DNA of 64,000 nt, taken from the IMG/VR virus record IMGVR_UViG_3300021426_003004, positions 6,973 to 70,972 of that record. One strand, 5' to 3'. Below, one piece after another: positions 9,256 through 18,614 of this stretch. The position numbers and the translations under genes are program-made. Each line of letters starts with the position of its first letter. The stretch's first letter is position 1. Source of the DNA: a virus. Lineage: Duplodnaviria; Caudoviricetes. The notes below the pieces were generated by a model. The model saw only the letters and a program-made list of their open reading frames with translations, had not been told where the DNA came from and ran no database searches.

Positions 9256-10926
9256 ATGAAAACATCTGCCATACGGCACCTTTCTTTTTACCCGTTCGTG
9301 CAACCGCTTGCACGGAACCGCGCTCAATTTATGCTCGATGCTGCATATCGGGATCTCTCTGACGTAGAATTGATTTGGTGGAAGAGAACAAGTCCCGAAA
9401 CCCGGCACACAGTTCCTATGGCAGTCAGGTATGAGGATCGTAATATTACACAGTGGACAGCGTGTGCTGATTTTTCAGAAGAGGCCCACTATATCAAATA
9501 TGCCTTCAAACTAACAGATACAGAAGGAAAAATATGCTGGCTGAACTCTTTGGGTGTTCAGGATACGTTTATTTTGGAAGGAAGCTACGAAATCCTTCAG
9601 ATCAATGATACAGACATCGTCTCTGTTCCGGAATGGACAGAAGGATGCATCTATTATCAGATTTTCCCGGAGCGTTTTGCCAAAGGATCTGAAGAAAGGA
9701 ATGACCTTGCAGCCTGGGATTCTGCCCCCACGCGTGACAACTACATGGGAGGAACGCTGTCCGGAATCACTGACAAGATTCCATACCTGAGTGATTTGGG
9801 CGTGGGATGTATTTATCTGAATCCAATTTTCCTGGCGGATTTTAATCACAAATATGCCACTACGGATTATTTCCAGATCGATCCGTTGTTTGGAACAGAA
9901 CAGGATCTGATTTTTCTGGTTGATATAGCTCATCGGAACGGAATCAAAATCATTCTTGATGGCGTTTTCAATCACGTTGGTATTCATTTTGCACCCTTTG
10001 AAGATCTGGTTCGAAATGGCGAAGACAGTCAATACAGGGAGTGGTTCTATCCCAAACGCTTCCCGATTGAAAACACACCGGAATGCTATGAATGTGTGGG
10101 CGATTATCCATACATGCCGAGGCTGAACGGTGCTAATTCGGATGTCAGAAAATATGTACGGGATGTCCTTCTGTACTGGCTGGATCATGCCCATATTGAC
10201 GGATGGCGCTTTGATGTTGCGGATGAACTGGATCGTCATGCTGTCACCTGGTGGCGGGAAGAAGTCAAGAAGAAATATCCGGATGCAGTTCTCCTGTGCG
10301 AAACATGGGGAGACGCATCAAACATGCTTGGGCCGGATGGCTTCGATTGTGCCATGAACTATCTGTTCAGGGACACGATGATTGACTATTTTGCACATGG
10401 CTCGATTACTGAAAGTATTTTTAGTAATCGTCTGATGAACATGCTGATGCGTTATCCGGATCAGATGAATATGGCTATGTATAACTGCCTTGGCAGTCAT
10501 GACACAGCGCGTTTCCTGACAGAATGCGGGAATGAAAAATGGAAATTGAAACAGGCGATGGCATTTCAGATGCTCTTCCTTGGTTCGCCTGCAATTTATT
10601 ATGGCGATGAACTCGGTATGACCGGCGAAAATGATCCCGGTTGCCGGGGAGGAATGATCTGGGAACACCCGGATCAAAACCTGCTCACCTGGGAAAAGGA
10701 ACTGGTGCAGGTTCGAAAAGAACATGAGGCTGTCCGAAAAGGATCATATGAACCGCTGATTACGGACGATCAGACACATCTGTTCGCTTTTAAGCGTTCT
10801 TTGGGCTCTGATTACGTGATTGCTGTATTTAACTCGGGCGAAACTTCCCATCATCTGGACTTCACGGAAGCGGAGGAATCAGTCGACGTTCAGCCGCATT
10901 CCGTTAAGATCATAACGAAATCTTAA
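9256..10926 (+). CDS. GH13 neopullulanase/cyclomaltodextrinase-like alpha-glycosidase (cytoplasmic)
   Basis: YQIFPERF, DGVFNH, MPRLN, GWRFDVADE, CETW, GSHD; catalytic D/E/D intact; no signal peptide. Confidence 0.92.
   Translation: MKTSAIRHLSFYPFVQPLARNRAQFMLDAAYRDLSDVELIWWKRTSPETRHTVPMAVRYEDRNITQWTACADFSEEAHYIKYAFKLTDTEGKICWLNSLGVQDTFILEGSYEILQINDTDIVSVPEWTEGCIYYQIFPERFAKGSEERNDLAAWDSAPTRDNYMGGTLSGITDKIPYLSDLGVGCIYLNPIFLADFNHKYATTDYFQIDPLFGTEQDLIFLVDIAHRNGIKIILDGVFNHVGIHFAPFEDLVRNGEDSQYREWFYPKRFPIENTPECYECVGDYPYMPRLNGANSDVRKYVRDVLLYWLDHAHIDGWRFDVADELDRHAVTWWREEVKKKYPDAVLLCETWGDASNMLGPDGFDCAMNYLFRDTMIDYFAHGSITESIFSNRLMNMLMRYPDQMNMAMYNCLGSHDTARFLTECGNEKWKLKQAMAFQMLFLGSPAIYYGDELGMTGENDPGCRGGMIWEHPDQNLLTWEKELVQVRKEHEAVRKGSYEPLITDDQTHLFAFKRSLGSDYVIAVFNSGETSHHLDFTEAEESVDVQPHSVKIITKS
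9298..9313. promoter_or_regulatory. Second operator O2 inside the 5' end of the GH13 gene, inverted copy of O1
   Basis: GTGCAACCGCTTGCAC; 15 nt are the exact reverse complement of 8221-8235. Confidence 0.65.
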
Positions 10927-10939
10927 GGAGGAAGATCCC

Positions 10940-12184
10940 ATGCGTACCCGTACCAAATTGCTGGCTGCACTGTTGGCATGTCTGATGATCCTGACCGTTG
11001 GTTCTGCCTTCGCTGAGGGCGAAACTGTTACGATCAATTTCTGGCATCATTACAGCGCTCAATCTGCTGAAAACGAAACCCTGATGAATGTCCTGATTCC
11101 TGCTTTTGAAGCTGAAAATCCCGGAATCAAAGTGAACGCTGTCTCTCATGAATGGGCCGAACTGCATGACAAGGTGCTGGTCAGCGCAAAGAGCAACGCG
11201 CTGCCTGACGTGGCCCGTTGTGACATTGCCTGGCTGCCCGAATTCCAGAAGATGGGCATCCTGGTAGCCCTTGATGAAGAAATGCCCGATTTCGCCGAGG
11301 TAAGCGGCAAACTGCTTGACAGCGCCATGTCCACCAGCGTGATTAGCGGTCATAACTATGCTCTGGCTCTGAATACGAACAGCAAGATCGTATTCTACAA
11401 CAAAGCCATGCTGGAAGAAGCCGGAGTACAGGTTCCCACTACCATGGATGAGTGGGTTGAAGCCGTGAAGAAGCTGTCTGGCGAAAACGCCAATGGTCAG
11501 CAGGTCTGGGGCTGGAACGAGCCTGCTCTGGCTGGCTGGAACATCTGCCCCTTCATCTGGAGCTTTGGTGGAAGCCTGACGAACGAAGATCAGACTGTAG
11601 CAACCGGCTACATCAATGGACCCGCTACTGTTAAAGCTGTTGAAACCTTTGCTGAACTGGTAAAAGAAGGTGGCATCACCGGGTTCAATTCTGGTGATAT
11701 CCCCATGACGGATGGTTTTGGTACTGGCCGTTATGCCATGATGCTTGAAGGCCCCTGGAAGTCTGCTGAACTGGCCGGTGCATACCCGGATGTTGCCTAC
11801 GGCACTGCGCCGATTCCCGCCGGTGAAGGTGGAAGCATTTCCGTACTGGGCGGCGAAGACATCGCTATGTTTAATTCCGCGAATAAGGAAGCTGCCTGGA
11901 AGTTCATGCAGTTCATGACCAGCGAATTTGCTGAGACTGAGATGGCCAAGTGCGGACAGATTCCCGTAAACAAAGCTGCTCTGGAAAGTGAAACTGTGAA
12001 GGCTGCGGATTATGCTCCTTTCATTGAGGCGATCCAGACCGCAAAAGCCCGTCCTACAGTCGCTGCCTGGAGTGAGATGGACAACGATCTGACGGTTGCT
12101 ATGACCGCTGTTGTGACAGGTGAAAAGACTGCTCAGGAAGCCATGGATGAGCTGGCTGCTAAGTGGGATGAACTCCTGAAATAA
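10940..12184 (+). CDS. Carbohydrate ABC transporter substrate-binding protein
   Basis: Signal peptide ending AFA-E; TVTINFWH, PDVARCD, GRYAMMLEGPW, LGGEDIAMF. Confidence 0.92.
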   Translation: MRTRTKLLAALLACLMILTVGSAFAEGETVTINFWHHYSAQSAENETLMNVLIPAFEAENPGIKVNAVSHEWAELHDKVLVSAKSNALPDVARCDIAWLPEFQKMGILVALDEEMPDFAEVSGKLLDSAMSTSVISGHNYALALNTNSKIVFYNKAMLEEAGVQVPTTMDEWVEAVKKLSGENANGQQVWGWNEPALAGWNICPFIWSFGGSLTNEDQTVATGYINGPATVKAVETFAELVKEGGITGFNSGDIPMTDGFGTGRYAMMLEGPWKSAELAGAYPDVAYGTAPIPAGEGGSISVLGGEDIAMFNSANKEAAWKFMQFMTSEFAETEMAKCGQIPVNKAALESETVKAADYAPFIEAIQTAKARPTVAAWSEMDNDLTVAMTAVVTGEKTAQEAMDELAAKWDELLK

Positions 12185-12194
12185 CCATTGACCC

Positions 12195-12225
12195 TGTGGC
12201 GGGGCAGGCTATCTGCTCCGCCACA
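12195..12225 (+). other. Intercistronic hairpin between the binding-protein and permease genes (mRNA stabiliser or attenuator)
   Basis: TGTGGCGGGGCAG-gctat-CTGCTCCGCCACA. Confidence 0.6.
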
Positions 12226-12243
12226 CTTTCCGGAGATGAGTAC

Positions 12244-13128
12244 ATGATCACAAAATCCCGTTTGAATCGAACTCAGCTGATCGCCTTGCTTTTGCCAGGC
12301 CTTTTGCTGTTTGCTGCCTTCACGGTATATCCGATAATCCGCCTGTTCTGGATGAGCCTGTGTGATATGAGCTTCTCCTCAATGCTTACACAGCCTTTCA
12401 ACGGGATCGAAAACTATAAAGAAGTATTTCAGGATCAGACTTTCTGGACGGTGTTTGTAAACAGTATCGTTTATACACTCATCACTGTTCCAGGGCAGAT
12501 GGCAATCGGTCTGCTTACCGCGATTCTGCTGAACGGGATCAAACGATTCAGCGTAACATTCAGAGTGATCAACTATCTTCCGGTTGTTACATCATGGGTA
12601 ATCGCTTCATTGGTATTCCGCTATATTTTCAACACGGAAGGACTCCTGAACTATTTCCTGTGGAAGGTTGTCGGAATAACCTCATCAAACATACGTTGGC
12701 TTGATACTCGCTGGGGCGGGATCAGTGTGGCTATGATTCTGGGCATTTGGAAAGGCATCGGCTGGAATATGGTTATTTTCCTGGCTGCTCTGCAGCAAGT
12801 GCCGCAGGATCTTTATGAAGCATCGGAGATTGATGGATGCGGGGCATGGGGCAAATTTGTTCACGTCACACTGCCCGGTATAAAGGGAACAATATTGTTT
12901 GCATTGATCGAACTGACAATCGGTGGATTTAACGTCTTTACTTCAATCAAAATGATTACTGGAGGAAAACCGGCACATCAAACCGATACTCTTCTAACCT
13001 GGATGTACTATAAAGCATTTAGCACCGGCAAGTTCGGATACGCAGCGGCTCTGAGTTTTGTGATGGCATTTAGCCTTGGCCTGTTGGCGATCGTGCAGTT
13101 CCGTATGATGCGGAACCGTGATAATTAA
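12244..13128 (+). CDS. Carbohydrate ABC transporter permease (MalF-type)
   Basis: Multiple TM helices; EAA loop LYEASEIDGCGAWGKFVHVTLP. Confidence 0.92.
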   Translation: MITKSRLNRTQLIALLLPGLLLFAAFTVYPIIRLFWMSLCDMSFSSMLTQPFNGIENYKEVFQDQTFWTVFVNSIVYTLITVPGQMAIGLLTAILLNGIKRFSVTFRVINYLPVVTSWVIASLVFRYIFNTEGLLNYFLWKVVGITSSNIRWLDTRWGGISVAMILGIWKGIGWNMVIFLAALQQVPQDLYEASEIDGCGAWGKFVHVTLPGIKGTILFALIELTIGGFNVFTSIKMITGGKPAHQTDTLLTWMYYKAFSTGKFGYAAALSFVMAFSLGLLAIVQFRMMRNRDN

Positions 13129-13140
13129 GGAGGTGCCGTC

Positions 13141-13992
13141 GTGAAAAGCCTGAATGGAGTGAAAATCCGAGGCATGATCCTACGGTATTTCCTTCTTGCA
13201 CTGGGAACTGTAATCTTTACTTTGCCGATGATCTATATGATTTCGACATCACTGCGTCCTAATGGTGCGCTTTATGAATATCCTCCTCGCTTCTTCCCCA
13301 AGTGGGAAGCCCTGACGCTGGAGAACTATGGATATATTCTCAACCAAAGCAAATTCTATGTGAACTTTCTGAATTCAGCTTTTGTTTCACTATCTACGAT
13401 CACTCTGGCAGCAGCAGTCTCTTCCGCGATGGCGTTTGTCCTTGGAAAATTCAAACTGAAGGTAAACAAACTTATCTTCGGTTTCATCATTCTAACCATG
13501 ATCATACCCGGTACAACAATGATCGTTCCCCAGTTTGAACTGGCGACAAAACTGAATCTTGTAAATCAGTTGTGGGGATTGATTCCGTTTTATGTGGCAT
13601 GGGTAATTCCGTTCTCCACCTTCATGATCAAGGGCTTTATGGAGAATATTCCCGGCGAGATCATGGAGGCATCCTGGATTGACGGGGCAAGTGTATGGAC
13701 AGTCTATACCAGAATTGCCCTTCCGCTTGCTTCTCCGGCCATTGCCTCTGTCAGCATTTTTAACTTTTTGACCGCATGGGAAGAATATCCGTGGGCCAAC
13801 ACAGTTATCAATGATACAAGTAAGAGAACGCTTCCTATTGCGATTGCGGGTTTCTTTGGTCAACATCAGTTTACACAATGGGGATATGTATTTGCTATGT
13901 CGGTTCTGACATTGATTCCTGTTGTACTGATCTTTATCCTGTGCCAGAAGTTCTTCGTGCAGGGGTTGACTGCTGGAAGTGTAAAAGGTTAA
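13141..13992 (+). CDS. Carbohydrate ABC transporter permease (MalG-type)
   Basis: EAA loop IMEASWIDGASVWTVYTRIALP; C-terminal FFVQGLTAGSVKG. Confidence 0.92.
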   Translation: MKSLNGVKIRGMILRYFLLALGTVIFTLPMIYMISTSLRPNGALYEYPPRFFPKWEALTLENYGYILNQSKFYVNFLNSAFVSLSTITLAAAVSSAMAFVLGKFKLKVNKLIFGFIILTMIIPGTTMIVPQFELATKLNLVNQLWGLIPFYVAWVIPFSTFMIKGFMENIPGEIMEASWIDGASVWTVYTRIALPLASPAIASVSIFNFLTAWEEYPWANTVINDTSKRTLPIAIAGFFGQHQFTQWGYVFAMSVLTLIPVVLIFILCQKFFVQGLTAGSVKG

Positions 13993-14016
13993 GGATACTG
14001 CGGTCGGCTAACCGTC

Positions 14017-14053
14017 AGGCCTTGTGGAGTTGAATCCATGGGGCCTCTTTTTT
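14017..14053 (+). terminator. Rho-independent terminator of operon 1
   Basis: AGGCCTTGTGGA-gttgaa-TCCATGGGGCCT plus T tract. Confidence 0.7.
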
Positions 14054-14180
14054 CGTTTTGGGGAGAAATACAGTGCTATATCTTTCATTTCTAATCCTGT
14101 TTTTCTGATATGCACTGCTTTATCCTATAACCGTACCGAATGACCGGTACATACGAAACGACAAAACGGAGGAAAGAAAA

Positions 14181-14354
14181 ATGCTGCGTCTGCTTGGTAT
14201 CCTGACCCTGGGGAACATGATCTTTGGTGGCCACCGCTGCCATTGCCATCATCACCGCCATGGCAGCTTCCTGGGCAGAGGCCTTCTGCTCGGAACGCTG
14301 CTCGGACTGTTCGTGAGCCGTGCGAATCAGACTCGCACCGAGGAGGAGGTATAA
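14181..14354 (+). CDS. Small His/Cys-rich membrane peptide (57 aa), not in ORF track
   Basis: RBS GGAGG; MLRLLGILTLGNMIFGGHRCHCHHHRHGSFLGRGLLLGTLLGLFVSRANQTRTEEEV*. Confidence 0.55.
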   Translation: MLRLLGILTLGNMIFGGHRCHCHHHRHGSFLGRGLLLGTLLGLFVSRANQTRTEEEV

Positions 14355-14365
14355 CAGTGTTTGAC

Positions 14366-14533
14366 ATGAATAAGAGCGTTGATCGCCGCCAGGTACTGAC
14401 TGTACTTGGAATTATCCTGATTCTCTCCTGCATCCCGACTTTTCTGGTACTGTTTACTCAGCTTGCCGGGAGAATGCTTCCCAGCATCCTGATCGGTATA
14501 GCTTTGTACTTCATCTTTCTGCGGAAGAAATAA
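14366..14533 (+). CDS. Small two-TM membrane protein (55 aa)
   Basis: RBS GGAGGAGG; MNKSVDRRQVLTVLGIILILSCIPTFLVLFTQLAGRMLPSILIGIALYFIFLRKK. Confidence 0.55.
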   Translation: MNKSVDRRQVLTVLGIILILSCIPTFLVLFTQLAGRMLPSILIGIALYFIFLRKK

Positions 14534-14628
14534 TCCGCACCCGTAATAACAGAAACGGGGACAGGCTTTCACATATGGGGCAGGATCCGTTTCCTGCCCT
14601 GCCTTTGTTTTGAGAGGAGACGTAACTC

Positions 14629-14943
14629 ATGAAGAAGATCTTCAGTCGCCCGAGCATCTTGCCGGATCGCACGAACCATTATGATGAGCACGGACATAAA
14701 ATTGGTTACAGCCGCCCCAGCTTATTCGGCACTTACACCAACCATTATGATGAGCATGGCCATAAAGTAGGACACAGCCGGGAAGGCTTGTTCGGAGCAA
14801 TCCATTATGATGAAAGTGGTCACAGGGTTGGCAGATCCCATGAAAGCATTCTGGGTTATCAGAACCATTACGATAATCATGGCCATAAAGTCGGATACAC
14901 CCGAGATACGCTGTTGGGGAAGACCACTCGAATAAAGAAATAA
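14629..14943 (+). CDS. His-rich repeat protein with four HYDxxGHxxG units
   Basis: RBS GAGAGGAG; four ~21-aa repeats; followed by a terminator. Confidence 0.75.
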   Translation: MKKIFSRPSILPDRTNHYDEHGHKIGYSRPSLFGTYTNHYDEHGHKVGHSREGLFGAIHYDESGHRVGRSHESILGYQNHYDNHGHKVGYTRDTLLGKTTRIKK

Positions 14944-14944
14944 A

Positions 14945-14977
14945 CGGCTATCTGGATCAAATCCGGTAGCCGCTTTT
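14945..14977. terminator. Hairpin between convergent genes, probable bidirectional terminator
   Basis: CGGCTATCTGGAT-caa-ATCCGGTAGCCG. Confidence 0.65.
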
Positions 14978-15046
14978 GTTGTTTAGCCAGAAATCATTTT
15001 TTCAATAAAAACGGGGACTTGCCTGATCAATGAACTTTATTATCTA

Positions 15047-16045
15047 TCAGGTTGATTGGCGCTCAATAATCTTTGGTATTGTACAGTAGCTTTGTGTTTG
15101 GAGCTCAGGCATTCGGATTTTTCGAAGAATAAAGCGAGCTGCTTCCTGTCCCATGTCGTACATATCTGCCTCAATAGCAGTTAGCTGTGGTTGGGTAAGC
15201 ATAGCAAAAGGATAATTATCAAAGGTCATAATCGCAATATCCTTTGGGACCTGAAGACCTTTATGTCTTATCACCTGCAGGCAAGCCATAGCCAGATAAT
15301 TGTTTGTGCAAAGCAGAATATCCGGTCGTTCCGGCATTGACAGACATTGTTCAGCTAACAGCAATCCGGATTCATATGTGCTGTCTCCGTATAATGTCGT
15401 AAAGGTGAGTTCCTCTTCCTCAAACATCTGAAGCATGCCATTTCTACGGGCGGCTGAAATCTTGTCGGTTTCCTTTTCGCCCATGAGATATACCATATGG
15501 CGATATCCTTTATCCAAAAGATAACTTGCTGCTTTTTGCCCCGCTTGTTCATGGTTCACATCCATCCAGCTGATCGATGTGGAAAAATCCGGTTTTCCGA
15601 TAACAAGATGAGGTAAAGAAAGATGACTAAGCATTCCAGCCAGAGGCTTGCTCAGGATTGCCGCATGAATAATGACGCCATCTGCCTGTTCCTGAATCAT
15701 CATTTCACGGATCATCTGTGGGGCATCCTTTGTTGTCGCGTGCTTTATCAGCATAGCATAGTTTTTTTCATCCAGATATTGAGAAATCCCCGTCATTATT
15801 TCAAACATATGCGGGTTTTCAAATGCAACGTTCCTGTGCAGATCTGTGATGAATAATACGCTACCGCTTCTTTGACGGGCAAAGCTGCGTGCACGGGCAT
15901 TAGGTCGATAATCCATTTTTTCTGCTAATGACAGGATACGAGCCTTTGTTTCTTCTGAAACAGCATAATGATCGTTCAGTGCCCGTGATACCGTTGCAAT
16001 AGATACCCCTGCCGCTTCTGCCAGGTCATAAATCGTGCTTGCCAT
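15047..16045 (-). CDS. LacI-family transcriptional regulator
   Basis: STIYDLAEAAGVSIATVSRALN HTH; YRPNARARSF hinge. Confidence 0.95.
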   Translation of the reverse strand: MASTIYDLAEAAGVSIATVSRALNDHYAVSEETKARILSLAEKMDYRPNARARSFARQRSGSVLFITDLHRNVAFENPHMFEIMTGISQYLDEKNYAMLIKHATTKDAPQMIREMMIQEQADGVIIHAAILSKPLAGMLSHLSLPHLVIGKPDFSTSISWMDVNHEQAGQKAASYLLDKGYRHMVYLMGEKETDKISAARRNGMLQMFEEEELTFTTLYGDSTYESGLLLAEQCLSMPERPDILLCTNNYLAMACLQVIRHKGLQVPKDIAIMTFDNYPFAMLTQPQLTAIEADMYDMGQEAARFILRKIRMPELQTQSYCTIPKIIERQST

Positions 16046-17753
16046 GGTTCACGCTCCTTGTAACAACGTAACCCTTTGGCATAAGTAAATCACACGTACA
16101 GTTCTTTTTCAATAGAACATCACCTGAAGCAGACAATGCAACGGAAGAATTACCCGGATTGACAGCAATCTCAATACGCTCGTCATTCCATTTCCGTGCA
16201 TAGCGGAATAACATCCCGGTTGCTTCTATTGTTTCAAATGCACCATGAGTCAGCGCTTTATTATCTTTCCGCAGGGCAATGAATTTTTGATAGATCTCTG
16301 ACAGCGAAGAATGATCGTTCCATGGCATTGGCATCCGGTATTCTTTTTCTGTCATGCCTGTCATTCCTTTTTCATCTCCATAGAAAACACAAGGCATGCC
16401 GATGAATGTCATCTGAAAAAGAATGGCCAGTTCCATTTTGTCGAGGTCTCCCTGGCAAAGTGATAAAAACCTGCAGGTGTCATGTCCGTCCAGGAGATTC
16501 AGCTGGGCCGGAAGCATCTGTTTTTTGTACCGCATCAGCAGACTGGACAGTCGGAAATCAAACTCCGGTGCGGTCAGGATATTCTCCGCAAAATACTGCG
16601 TGCAGAATCTGCGGAAATCATAGTTCATTGCTCCATCAACCATATCCCCGGTCATATAGTGCTCAGAGTTCTCCCATATTTCTCCGATAATCACTGCCTC
16701 CGGCTTTTCGCTTTTGACTGCCTGCCTGAAAGCACGAAGAAAGCCATCATCCACTTCATTGGCCACATCCAGCCGCCAGCCATCCACATCATACTCCCGA
16801 ATCCAGAATCGTCCTATATCGCAAAAGTAATCCCGGAGTGATGGACAGGCGGTATTCGTTTTGGGCATGTTGGCCACATATGCAAAACAGGTATAAGCCG
16901 GTTCCGCTTTCCCCTGTGGCAGTATCAGCGGCTCTGGAAGACTGTAAAACCATTCGTAATATGGGGATTCTTTTCCGTTTTTCAGCACATCCTGAAATGA
17001 AAAATGATTCCAGCTGACATGGTTGAAGACGCCGTCAACAATGACCCGAATACCTTTTTCATGTGCTTCCTGTACCAATCTACTGAAGTCCTTATCCGTG
17101 CCAAAGCAGGGATCAATATGTTTATAATCCATCAGGTCATATTTGTGATAAGCACCTGCAACAAAAGTTGGATTCAGGTAAAGGCAGTTAAATCCAAGTC
17201 TTTTGATATAATCCAGGTTTTCGCGGATACCGTTGATGGTTCCCCCGTAATTTGTGACAGATGAAAATCCATTATAGGATTCTGCTTTTCCCACTTTGCT
17301 TATGTGCTCTTTTCCGTCCGCAAAACTGTCAGGGAAAATATTATAAACCACAGCATTCTTAACCCATTCGGGTACAGATGCCAAATCTGCTTTATGGTTG
17401 AAAGGATACTGGAAGAATTCACTGCGCTCAATGTGAGCATCCTTTTTCTCAAAGCATTCTCCCGCATAGCGGCATTGTATATGTCCGTCATCAAGCAGGA
17501 AGTAATAAGCGATTCGTTCCCATTCCGTTTCCAGAATGATTTCATACCAGTCATATAACAGGTCCGAACGCACCATCGGCATGTTCAATGCTGTAAACGA
17601 CAATTCGGGTGCCATATCAGCACGATCAGCATAGAAAAACGTTACCTGCTTCAAGTCACCTTTGCCGGTCCGCAAGCGAAAGACAAAATGCGTTTCATCG
17701 AGTGGATGCGCATATTCGCTCATGGGCCTGTGGAGGATGGAAGCATAGTTCAT
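16026..17753 (-). CDS. GH13 neopullulanase/cyclomaltodextrinase-like alpha-glycosidase (cytoplasmic)
   Basis: N-terminal FRLRT domain, YNIFPDSF, DGVFNH, MPKTN, GWRLDVANE, GEIW, DGHD. Confidence 0.92.
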   Translation of the reverse strand: MNYASILHRPMSEYAHPLDETHFVFRLRTGKGDLKQVTFFYADRADMAPELSFTALNMPMVRSDLLYDWYEIILETEWERIAYYFLLDDGHIQCRYAGECFEKKDAHIERSEFFQYPFNHKADLASVPEWVKNAVVYNIFPDSFADGKEHISKVGKAESYNGFSSVTNYGGTINGIRENLDYIKRLGFNCLYLNPTFVAGAYHKYDLMDYKHIDPCFGTDKDFSRLVQEAHEKGIRVIVDGVFNHVSWNHFSFQDVLKNGKESPYYEWFYSLPEPLILPQGKAEPAYTCFAYVANMPKTNTACPSLRDYFCDIGRFWIREYDVDGWRLDVANEVDDGFLRAFRQAVKSEKPEAVIIGEIWENSEHYMTGDMVDGAMNYDFRRFCTQYFAENILTAPEFDFRLSSLLMRYKKQMLPAQLNLLDGHDTCRFLSLCQGDLDKMELAILFQMTFIGMPCVFYGDEKGMTGMTEKEYRMPMPWNDHSSLSEIYQKFIALRKDNKALTHGAFETIEATGMLFRYARKWNDERIEIAVNPGNSSVALSASGDVLLKKNCTCDLLMPKGYVVTRSVNHGKHDL

Positions 17754-17759
17754 AATGAT

Positions 17760-18614
17760 TTATCCTTTCGTAGCGCCGCCGGTCACACCGGCAACATAGT
17801 ATTTCTGCAGGCGGATAAATAACAGGACGATCGGAATAGCCACTACAACAGAACCCGCACAGAACACAGTGTAATACTGATAGATGTTGGCCTTATCAAC
17901 CATTGTATAAAGGCCTTTGGCAACCGTGTAGTTGTTGTAATTGTCCTTCATGATCACGGAAACAAAGATGAAATCCACCCACGGAGCAATGAAGGCGTTG
18001 ATCGCGGTGTTTACTACAATGGGCTTGGAATTCGGCAGGATGATCTTCCAGAAGATGGTATGTCTCGATGCCCCGTCCAGTGTGGCTGCTTCGTCCAGGG
18101 ACTTCGGAATCGTATCAAAGAACCCCTTGGCTATGTAGTAATTCAGTGCCGCGCCGCCAGAATACACAAGAATCAGAGCAAGGAGTGTTTGATCCAGTCC
18201 GATTGCTTTCATAAAATGATAGATGGCAATCATGCTCATGAAGCCCGGGAACATACCCAGAATCAAGCAGATATTCATGATTGTTTTCCGGCTTTTAAAG
18301 CGGAGCCGGGAATAAACATATGCAACCATCAGTGTTAAGATGGTTGTTATCACGCAGCAGCATACCGCCACGAACAGGGTGTTCATAAACCAGCGGGGGA
18401 AATTGAACAGACGCGTATCGGTAAACAGCCGTGTGTAATTGTCAAAAGTAAATGCTTTGGGCCAGAGATAGGGCGTATAGGCTCCAGGCTCTTTTCGAAA
18501 GGAGGAAATCAGGAGCCAGAAGACCGGCAGCATCCATAGAATGGAAAGTACAGTCAGAAGCGTATGCAAGCCAATGGATGCACGGAGTTTTCTCATGTTC
18601 GTATGCTTTTTCAT
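17760..18614 (-). CDS. malG: Maltose/maltodextrin ABC permease MalG-type
   Basis: KGFFDTIPKSLDEAATLDGAS EAA loop; RLRFKSRK; C-terminal GVTGGATKG. Confidence 0.88.
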   Translation of the reverse strand: MKKHTNMRKLRASIGLHTLLTVLSILWMLPVFWLLISSFRKEPGAYTPYLWPKAFTFDNYTRLFTDTRLFNFPRWFMNTLFVAVCCCVITTILTLMVAYVYSRLRFKSRKTIMNICLILGMFPGFMSMIAIYHFMKAIGLDQTLLALILVYSGGAALNYYIAKGFFDTIPKSLDEAATLDGASRHTIFWKIILPNSKPIVVNTAINAFIAPWVDFIFVSVIMKDNYNNYTVAKGLYTMVDKANIYQYYTVFCAGSVVVAIPIVLLFIRLQKYYVAGVTGGATKG

